NCBI RefSeq assembly: GCF_031769215.1
Contig: NW_026781914.1
Span: 248,001-312,000, forward strand
Length of the DNA stretch: 64,000 nucleotides
From: Ylistrum balloti
Lineage: Eukaryota
Direction of reading: 5' to 3'
A program made the translations under genes and the position numbers. Below the pieces are notes generated by a model, which saw only the letters and a program-made list of their open reading frames with translations, ran no database searches and had not been told where the DNA came from. Shown one piece after another: positions 27,401 to 39,400 of this stretch (position 1 is its first letter; every line of letters begins with the position of its first letter).

Positions 27401-30400
27401 GTATTTATCTATATGTATCTGAGAACGTATTTATCTATATGTATCTGAGAACGTATTTATCAATATGTATCTGAGAACGTATTTATCTATATGTATCTGA
27501 GAACGTATTTATCTATATGTATCTGAGAACGTATTTATCTATATGTATCTGAGAACGTATTTATCAATATGTATCTGAGAACGTATTTATCTATATCAAT
27601 ATGTATCTGAGAACGTATATGTATCTGAGAACGTATTTATCTATATCAATATGTATCTGAGAACGTATTTATCTATATCAATATGTATCTGAGAACGTAT
27701 TTATCAATGTGTATATGTATCTGAGAACGTATTTATCGTATTTATCTATATCAATATGTATCTGAGAACGTATTTATCTATATCAATATGTATCTGAGAA
27801 CGTATTTATCTATATCAATATGTATCTGAGAACGTATTTATCTATATCAATATGTATCTGAGAACGTATTTATATATGTATCTGAGAACGTATTTATCTA
27901 TATCAATATGTATCTGAGAACGTATTTATCTATATGTATCTGAGAACGTTTTTATCTATATCAATATGTATCTGAGAACGTATTTATCTATATGTATCTG
28001 AGAACGTATTTATCTATATCAATATGTACCTGAGAACGTATTTATCTATATCAATGTGTACCTGAGAACGTATTTATCTATATCAATATGTATCTGAGAA
28101 CGTATTTATCTATATGTATCGGAGAACGTATTTATCTATATCAATATGTATCTGAGAACGTATTTATCTTATTTATCTATATCAATGTGTATCTGAGAAC
28201 GTATTTATCTATATGTATCTGAGAACGTATTTATCTATATCAATATGTATCTGAGAACGTATTTATCTATATCAATATGTATCTGAGAACGTATTTATCT
28301 ATACGTATATTATCTGAGAACGTATTTATCTATATCAATGTGTATCTGAGAACGTATTTATCTATATCAATGTGTATCTGAGAACGTATTTATCTATATG
28401 TATCTGAGAACGTTTTTATCTATATCAATATGTATCTGAGAACGTATTTATCTATATCAATGTGTATCTGAGAACGTATTTATCTATATCAATGTGTATC
28501 TGAGTATGTAACCAGTATCAATATTATTTTGGTGTCCTTAGTTGTCAATATATACCCAGAGGCCACAAATTGATCTTTTCAACATATCATGTTTGTAATG
28601 TCATCATTTCCTCAGCAATTTACATTGTATATTCGAAAAAATTACATTATTTAAGAATACATACATGTGTTTCTTTTGTGATTTATTAGGAATCTGATAA
28701 CTTAAACCCAAGTATGCAGTCCAACTCACGTTCGCATTTGACGTCACCGTCTCCATGGAAACCGTCATCACATCTACACTCGCCGTCGATACAAGAAGCT
28801 CTTTGTGCACATCTCCTTCCATTACACAGGGCTGTTTGGAAAGAAGCCTTAAATGGTTAACAAATGTAGATAAAATAAATCAAATAACAGTTCACATCAT
28901 ATATAGTGAATATTTGAAATGAAATCAACAAAAAAAATACCGACATGTCAAAACAGCTCAAACTCAAAATCAATGAAACTAAGGGAAATATGAAGCAAAG
29001 AGCGATTAACGCGGAGACCTATGAAAATGTACAAGGAGAATAAGACAATGTGTTCAGGAAGGTAAGCGTCTTCTGCTTCATTGACGTCTCTTGCCATGTG
29101 TAATGTTCTCAGAAATGTTAACAACATCGAACATACCTACTAATTGACATATTGATGGTTTATATCATTACAAATGTAATGCCAGTGTCCAACCTTATTC
29201 CTTCCAAAATCAATGACATCAAGATCAGCCGTTTACCTCTCTTTCAACTTTTAAGGCATAATCGTTATAATCGTGATGATTTCAGTATTCGTTTTTTTTA
29301 GCTAAGTAACACCCTTACCTCCCGGACCTGTCACTGTTTATTGGAGTCTACGACTTGTTTTCAGTATGACAATTTGACGCTGTCAACTACCGACGGTTTT
29401 GAGAGATGTATTTTGATGAAATAGTGGCTGATGTTGGTGTATATATGAAGAGGAAGGGACACTTTTCCTTCTGAAACACTACTTCTTTGCTCTTGAAACT
29501 TTAAAGGGGCTCCGTGTGAACGTTTCCTATGTTCATATTTACCTTTTTTATCAATATTAAGTATAAGGTAAGCTTTGTTAACATTTCGTTATCGTTGTTT
29601 TAAATAGATTTGTTGGAATCTTTCATATTTTATAATTACTGGCATTTTGTATGTCTTCTCTACATCAGTCTAAATTTCTTCTCCTTACGTTCTCAGCGAA
29701 ATGGGAAGTCCTTATGTTGTCTCAATAATACATCATGTTTAGATTATAAATAAATACTTACCTTTACACACTACATACGGATCTCCATGGTATCCAGCAC
29801 CACACCTACAGATGGAGTTAACGCAAGTGGCACCCTTTGCACATATAGCATCATCGCACTTACCATCAGCTGATTAAAATCAATGGAAGACATTACGTTT
29901 CATGTAAACATGTGTTTATGGGTGCAAATATAGGTTTTAATATCCTCTATAGTTAATCAGTATCACTTCAACCCCTTACCGTTTTAAACTGATTTATTTT
30001 TTTACTATTAATATTTTGTACGTACATCGGAAAGTGAATTTCACGTAAAATATATATTTACCATGCTGAAAATGCACTTCGATGCACGTGAAGAAAATAA
30101 ACAATCCTTATATTTACATTTGATTACCGTAGATATTCATACAACATTTAAGAAACAAATCACTTCATACATATTATTAGAACAGAGGCAAGTTCAATTG
30201 AACTGCCATATTATACCAATGAGGAAGGTGGCGCCATATGGGGGTTCAATGAAAATGCCATGACAACAAAAAGTGATTCAATTGATGTTTTTATTTACTA
30301 TTAGTAAATACTTAAACGATGTAATTATATCAATATATTTTACTTAACATTTAACCACGTTTATGTAAATTTTCTATTTACAACCACTATTGACATGGAC

Positions 30401-33400
30401 AAGACCACGACACACGCATTGTGACTTTAAAACATCGTCAAGAGACTTGCTCCGGCAGTGTAAATTTATTAGAATACGATAAGTAGTAAAACCATTATTA
30501 AATAGAACAAAGACGGTTAATTTAACGGAATTGCTCTTACGTTCACACTTTATATATCCGTTTCCATGGAATCCCGGAAGACAGACACATCTGTCATCCT
30601 GACAGGATGCGTTGGAACAGCATCGCATGCCGTCACAAAGAGCTGGAAAATATAACACAACGTTCTTATCTCAAATATCCGACCATATAACCACAACCAT
30701 ATTCTCACTCTGTGTGACAATAATCTACTTTATCAGTAACACAAAGAAAGCATTTCTCAGAAAACATTTTCTCAGATTTGCAATATCTAAATGCACAACA
30801 CCATGGTATTACAATGCATTTTGTTTCAGATAAATCATAAACATAAAACAAACAAAAAATTAATGCATGCTTTAATAAAGAGCAGAAAAACGTAAGGCAA
30901 AAAGAGTTAACACAAGTGTTTAATTACCAGGAAGTTTTGAAAGGTGTTTCATTGGTTGCAGAGAAACACAAGCCCTGGTACACACTTGCGATGTATATAT
31001 AGACTGTATTTAATGTCTAACCTTTCGGGTGACTGAGATCCTACATAAGCTGTCGGTGTAACCAGGCATTTGATATGTTGTAGGGAACATCTCCTTTCAG
31101 GGTATTATGGTGCTACATCACATCTAACCTTTGGAGTATTTTGATACCACATCACATTTGTTGTAGGGAGCACCTTACCTTTGGAGTACCTTGGTACCAC
31201 ATCACATTTGTTGTAGGGAGCACCTAACCATTGGAGTATCTTAGTACCACATCACATTTGTTGTAGGGAGCACCTAACCTTTGGAGTACCTTGGTACCAC
31301 ATCACATTTGTTGTAGGGAGCACCTAACCATTGGAGTACCTTAGTACCACATCACATTTGCTGTAGGGAGCACCTAACCTTTGGAGTATCTTGGTACCAC
31401 ATCACATTTGTTGTAGGGGACGCCCACCCTTTTGTAGTATCTTGGCACCACATCACATTTGGTGCAAGGGACGCCCACCCTTTTGTAGTATCTTGGTACC
31501 ACATCACATTTGTTGTAGGGGACGCCCACCCTTTTGTAGTATCTTGGCACCTCATCACATTTGTTGTAGGGGACACCTACCCTTTTGGAGTACCTTGGTA
31601 CCACATCACATTTGTTGTATGAGACACCTACCTTTTGGAGTACCTTGGTACCACATCACATTTGTTGTAGGAGACACATACTATTTGGAGTACCTTGGTA
31701 CCACATCACATTTGCGGTAGGCAGCACCTAACCTTTGGAGTACCTTGGTACCACATCACATTTCAAGGTACCACATCACATTTGCGGTAGGGAGCACCTA
31801 ACCTTTGGAGTACCTTGGTACCACATCACATTTGCGGTAGGGAGCACCTAACCTTTGGAGTACCTTGGTACCACATCACATTTGTTGTAAGGGAAACCTA
31901 CCCTTTTGGAGTACCTTGGTACCACATTACATTTGTTGAAGGGGACGCCTACCTTTTGGAGTATCATGTCGCTATACACTACTGGGTTGATGTTAACATC
32001 TTTTTTTTTAAATCTTTTTGTCACTTCATATGTTTCAGGATTTTGTCTGCAGTAACTTGACACAACGTACGTTGTCGAAAACATCTATATTTAAGCAAAT
32101 CAATTTATTATGTAGAATCCACTTTTGCTTTAGAGGTCAATTCAGTTGTAGGAAATATCGTCCTTTTCGAAGCTTTCGTTTATAGGAAGAGTGTGACATT
32201 TCATATAACTCAGATATTATATTGGCGCTACTGAATGACCAGTTGTAGTGTATACAAAACCTTGTACAGCTGGAAATTGTCGGAAACTGCAACCAATGTA
32301 ACCAGGTGTAACAATGTAACACACAGAGATAATTCCTTCTACACTTTCTGAACACAAAATGTATACCCTTATGATTTACCATCACGGCTTACTAACGATC
32401 CTAAATTTGAAACTTACCAATACAGGCGTGGTACCCATCACCATAGTAACCACGCTGACATACACACTTGTAGTTAACACACTCAGCATCCGCGACACAG
32501 GTCCGGCCATCACACACAGCAGCGGCTACAAAAACAATAAAAGCAAACACACATGTGTAGTTAGCACAAGCATAAACACTCAGGTGCGACTTTCACACAC
32601 CGTGACGATTACAAAAACAATAGTGTACAATACACCACACCGTTCTGACCTTCACACACCATGACGGTTACAAAAAATGGTGAATACACACTACACAGGT
32701 GCGACATTCACACACAATGACGGTTACAAAAAACTGGTGAATACAAACTACACAGGTGCGACATTCACACACCGAGACGGTTACAAAAAAAGGGTGAATA
32801 CACACTACACAGGTGCGACCTTTCACACCGTGACGCTAAATATAACGATAGTAATTATTGCATCCTCCCATCCTTCTAGTTAACGAAAAACCCACAACTC
32901 ATAGGTCTGGCCACCATAGAGCGCCGGCTGCTGCAAAGACGATAATGTTTTTTCCTGAATCTAACTACATGGTGAATCTCAAGTACCTTGCACTAAAGGG
33001 CAGAGTCGGCATCATATTTTATAAATACATCATTGTTAAATCATGAAATCAACAACAAAAACATCCCCATCTAATAAACTCATAATTCAAACAAAAATTG
33101 GTTATTTAAAGAAAATAACGACCGAAACATCGACTTGAGTTCCGTAACTATGGCAAAATATTATACGGCTGTGTTTGTGGGTTTTTCTTTATTATAACCA
33201 TATTAAAGATTAGTGGTTCCGATGTACCATAGAATGCAAACTTACGTTCACAATGAATGTAGCCGTTACCATGGTAACCAGGTATACATCTACAGTTATC
33301 GTCTACACATTGGGCATTGTCAGCACACCTCCGTCTATTACACAGACCTGTTGAGCATGTTGAAGAGAGTGGTCAATACTATAATATAGATAATGTAAGT

Positions 33401-36400
33401 ATACAAAACTAAGTAGTGGTCAAGCATATATCTGATTGACCAGAATACTAACAGGAGTACTGGGATTCCATCAAAACTCCGACGATGTGTTACAATTTAC
33501 ACTGGTGACCATTCGGCGATGATGAAAATACTGTATTCGGGTATTGTTCAGCTGGCCTAGGTGACTGAATGTACCATAAAACACGTGACGCTGATGAAGA
33601 CATTTAGATGACAGAATGTGACATGTAACCACGTGACGCTGACGAAGACATTATGATGACAGAACGGGACATATGACCACGTGACGCTGACGAAGACATT
33701 TGAGTGACAGAACGGGACATATGACCACGTGATTCTGATGAGGACATTTGGGTGAAAGAACGGGACATATGACCACGTGATAATGATGAGGACATTTTGG
33801 TGACAGAATATGTCATATAATAATTAAGTGAACGTTGATGAACACATTGATGAACGTGTCACATAATCATGTGACGCTTAGATACCAGATTGTGCAATAC
33901 AGTATTTGGTGTTTATGAATTAGGTATATGACATGGATATTGAACCCTACTTTTACACTCGTCGTATCCATCCCCGACATAGCCCTGCCGACACACACAG
34001 TTGTAGTTGATGCAATCAGCGTTTTCAGAGCAACTCTCACCTCCACATGTCCCGATTGCTGAAAGTTAAAAGAAATTATAAAGTTTAAAAATGGTAAATT
34101 AATGTGTTTTTATTAACAATTGTTTCCCTTATCAGAAACCTTGGCACGGCATTAAGTAATAATAACGAATTTTATTTGATTGATGTCACACAATGTTTTC
34201 TTCAGAATATTCATCAGCTGGTGACAATACACACAAAGCATGTTTCATAACAAGTCTTATTACTACAGATTCCTTTTATCGTAAACTAGATACAATACAT
34301 TCTAAAATTGCATAAAATTTAGACAACAAAAATGTCAGTGCGCTTTAATTTAGGGACTCGTTTCATTGTGCTTTGTGACGTCACAATGGTTGAGTAATAT
34401 CGTTTTAAAGAGAAATAAAAATATATGATGATCGTATCTCATTACCTATAGCCTGCCGACTGGCTATAAAAATTACGAGGTTGTGACTCATGGAAAAATG
34501 AATTTATCATTTCTACACTCCCCTAATTTAGGAAACTCTCAGATTAATTTTCCTCGGCGTGCGTCATGAAATCATGTTTGTTTGCTCATGAAATGTGACG
34601 ATTTCACGCTAAAATTCTATACTAATCCCATCATACAATGCGAGGTATATATATTTATCATTGTAGCACAGAACTCGGTCAGGCTTTCTGTATGATAGGA
34701 AATTAATACTTGTTTTATCAGAAGTTCCTTTATCTAAATAAAATCAGTTCAGAAAATTTGATAAAATGCTCGAAATCTATTAAAGGTTTCGTGATCCGTT
34801 CCTATCGTATATTAAAAAGTTGTCTTTATAAACAATTAATAGTTTTCGATACTTATCAATGTCGAACAATTAGGTAAAATAAATACCCAGGAATGTTAAA
34901 CCTAGCAGTGCGGTTTGTATCCTTTCTATGACCGGGAGATGCGATGCTACATAGAAAGTAGTCAGGAAAACTTAACAAGACCTGTAGGAACCGTTGTTTT
35001 CTACTGCTGGTATTTATCGATTTACACAGACACACAACAAAACCATATATTATCCTTTGTGTTCCCTTACAGAAATTTGTCATAAACAAAATGTTTCTTT
35101 TGCTATACAACACGGTATTTCTTGTAATCATAACAATTTGCGCAAGTACATACGTTCACAGTTGACGTAAGGATTTCCATGGTAACCGTTTCCACAGCGA
35201 CAACGCATATCCAGGCAACGAGCGTGCAGACCACATTTTGTTCCGTTACATAAGGCTGTAAATAGAGGTTATTCACTTTTCCTTTAAATGATGGTCGCAA
35301 AAAAGACAGTACAAAACGGTGAATGTATTCAGTTGATCATTTAAATACTACATTTAGACATTTCTGGTTAATACGACCCACTTACGTTCACAAGAAGTTA
35401 TGCCGTCTCCAAAGTATCCGTCCAAACAGGCGCAATTAGGACGTCCTGACTGCAGCCCGCACGCGGCGTACTCGTGACATTGTAATGTGACAGTTTTCTT
35501 TTGCAGGGTTGGTTTCCCATTCGTTTCAACACATGTTAGCATCGTCTGACAGTCCAACGACAGCGACGATTTCCAAAGCTAGGATTACAAATAAAAATGT
35601 TGCTAACTTTACCGGAATGTGATGGTACTTTCCTCGAATGCGGTTTATCATAGAGAACTGACCGTTAGGTTTACAAGCACGAAGAACGCTTAATGTTATA
35701 GTAATTGTTTAACTTACAACGTTACTACTGATTACTATCATATCACCAGGCCAATGAATACATACTGCTGAGTACAAGTTACTAGTGCAACTAGCATTAG
35801 TGTACTAATTAAATGATAACATTAAAAAAAACTAAGGTATGATGCAAGATAAATATATATATTACTGATACGTTAACATATCTGTCATCCGCCCTTAGAT
35901 CAACAGGTTTATGATGTTGTACTGGTGAATGTCGGTAGATGTGGTTTGTGGTTATCTAATAAAAAAATCCGAACAATCACATGTCTCGTACAAAACATCC
36001 TTCACACAATATAATATACATTTCACTGATATCAGTAATTTAAAATTCCATTCCATTTGGTTTTAAATGATAAATAGATAAAATTTCAATTCCCCTTTGA
36101 CAAAGGAAGTAATCTAATACTGGTGGATCCAGGGTTTAGTGATCAAGTTGATATGGTGAACATACAACAAAAACAAAAACAAAACAAAACAAACAAAGAA
36201 GTTAACAAGGAGTTCTCTGTTCTCTAAATTAGTTATTTACAAAAATAAATAAAGTATCTATGAATGTAACATCATCAAGTGATGTTTGCAGTCTCTGATT
36301 GGCTAAATCGATTCCACGTGATTCACAATACATACTTTTTGTCAACAAAATGGATGAAAAATGATGAACCGATCATCACACTTCGTATAAAATATCACAG

Positions 36401-39400
36401 CAGCAGAAATGTGTAAAGAGGAGAAAGACGATATCATATGAAATGAGAACAAGGCACGTTTTATTTGGTACCAAAGTACTGAACGTTTTACATCAACGTT
36501 GAGGTTTTAATATGCTCCCTCCAGTGCGTCATAAAAATACAGTGCAAGGTTATTAACTAGGCTGTGTGAATGTGAACCAGTGATATTCTTCACTACAGAA
36601 GTGTAATATAGAAGACACATATCTAGGTTCTCATGTTTAGGTCATACTCGAATGCCTGAGAAGAAAATTGGAGATGATCAGAGGTTTGATGTGAATTTTA
36701 CATAAGACATTAGAGAAGACTTAACGAGGTGTATTTTTTATTTAAAGTTGAGAGGGGAGGTGTAAGGAGGACAAGAAATAAAAATAACTTGTTTTATTAT
36801 TACTGATCAAATTCAAGGCCAGTAACACATGATATCGTGAATTGTATTTCAAACGTCTTACCTGTGTAAAGAGTGAGAAGGGGTAGAGAAGTATTACAAT
36901 AGAGATAACGGGTTGTTTCCTGATAGCAATTGTATTTGACAAGGGAAGATATGGAATTATTTATAACACGGAAATTTTAGCATGGGAATGTAATTATACC
37001 GGAAGTATTTGACAAGTCTGTTTCCTTGTGGTTGACATCTGTTAATTATAGGTGTTAATCTTGTTTGCAGGTGTCTAATTTAGATTTGTATCCGGACAAA
37101 AGATAGCTTATTGTTTTGGATGGTTGATATTATATTTGAAAGAAACACATCCTGCGATGTATTTCCGTTATTGTAGTAGAGTATATAAACGTATTCTACA
37201 GTTTGACTGAGAAGCTAAAAAAATAACTTATAAACTTATATATGAGGTCTAGAGATTCTGGAAATTTTTTTCTTTAGTTATGTTTGTTAACAACAGTTCC
37301 TACTATTATTACTACACCCATTGGATATTACATGATAGGTGTGAATGTTAGATTCATGGTATCACAGTAATGTAGTACAGTAAGTGTTAAGAATGATCAA
37401 TATCAGGCACGTGTATGAAGTAGTAAACATATGTTGAATCATGTTAAGATTCAACCGTTCCAGTCAAATAGAAGACAAATCAAAAGACAATCGCCAAGTA
37501 TACAGTTATCAACGAAAGTAAGATTTTCCGGTTTCTTAAAATGGATAACTGATACTGACAAATTAACTGATAAGAAAATCGCGAGATGTGTTGAAGCATT
37601 ACCTCAATATTTAATTATTCTAATTATAATCACATATCAGTATCTCACGCCTGAGAAACACATTCGTCAAGATAATGTACATTTTCACAGAAAAGAAAAC
37701 TGTCGTAACATATATCTTACGGCAACTTCTTTACCGAAAAATGCGTGCAATGGAATCTATTTACACTTCAGGTATATATGTCATACAGGTAAATTTCCTA
37801 TGTCGTGCTAACAGGTAAATTTCCTATGTCGTGCTAACAGGTAAATGTCCTATGTCATACTTACAGGTAAATATCCTTTGTCATACTTACAGGTAAATGT
37901 CCTATGTCATACTTACAGGTAAATGTCCTATGTCATACTTACAGGTAAATTTCCTATGTCGTACTAACAGGTAAATGTCCTATGTCGTACTTACAGGTAA
38001 ATGTCCTAAGTCATACTTACAGGTAAATGTCCTATGTCATACTTACAGGTAAATGTCCTATGTCATACTTACAGGTAAATGTCCTTTGTCATACTTACAG
38101 GTAAATATCCTATGTCATACTTACAGGTAAATGTCCTATGTCATACTTACAGGTAAATGTCCTAAGTCATACTTACAGGAAGATATATTATGTCGTATTT
38201 ACAGGTAGATATCTTAAGTTGTACGTACAGGTAGATATTCTGTGTCGTAATTGCAGGTATATATTTTAAGTTGTACTTACAGGAAGATATCCGACTTCAG
38301 ACTTGCAGCCACAGTCTGTCATTGGAACACAGGCAAGGCCACTAAGCAGGTATCCAGGTAGACACTCACATCCGGCCGACAGGGGCTGGGAACAAGTGGT
38401 CTGGGCACGATGAGGGTCAAGGCAGGTGGCTGGACATCCACTTATCTCGGTGCTGTATCGCATGTTCTCCGGACATTTAGGAGCTGTAATACCCAAACTT
38501 ATCAGCAAAAAAGATAAGGTCATACAAGCATCTTTTGTGCTGAATTAATTCTGGAATCGTATAACAACATTGCCTACTTAATTCAGCAAAAATGTAGAAA
38601 GCGAATCTATATGTGTGTGAATATGTGACCAAACGCACCAAGAAACAACTATATCCCAGTTGTTATCTATCAACACTTTTGAAACTTACGACAAAATGAC
38701 TCCGTCCTCCATTTTACCATATATCCCCTCTCCTCACACTCAGCTGCCATGCTGTCCATGGCCTGGCAGACAACTTCTTTTACGCGGTGTTCGTCATGGA
38801 AATATGTGCACACGTCGAAGCGACATGACGAATACATGTCAAGAATAATTTCCGGAATGGTGCTAATACACTCTTGGAACGGACTGGATGCCTGACGAGC
38901 CGGAAACAGTAACCCACAGTACACTGGTTCCTGTACTAAAAGTTCCATGTCTCCACTACATGGGTCCTCCGTTTCTCCAACTGCACATCTACACATAAAA
39001 CAATAGATCACAATGACAGGTTCTTTTGTATGTGTTATCAATATTACAATTTTCCGTGACGAACACACCATCTATGTGCTGTTTGACAAAAGGTTTCTGG
39101 ACTCAAGTCGCTTCGGAAAGTTTCATATTTCTTTGAAATAAAAATCTTTTTATGAAATGATAATCTTTAATTATATATCTCTCAACATCTGTAGAACCTA
39201 CCGAATGTTTAGTGTATATATATATATATATATTTATTATTGGTTTACTAGCCAGGCATATTGACCAACCATGATTAACTAAGTGTAAATATATGTGTTA
39301 CGTTCAGTTTTACTTAATCAACTGCATTCCACTTACTTTTCCCTATTTTACATAGTGTTATGACACGTGCTTAAACGTGCTCGTTTACAACTCCGACATG

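Noticed and set aside
32225-32350. Possible extra EGF exon (TPGYIGC)
   Set aside because: No six-Cys pattern, no phase-1 donor, and A/B alternation is complete without it.
34430-34720. Possible MITE with imperfect inverted ends
   Set aside because: Inverted match is short and gapped, and no TSD could be read.
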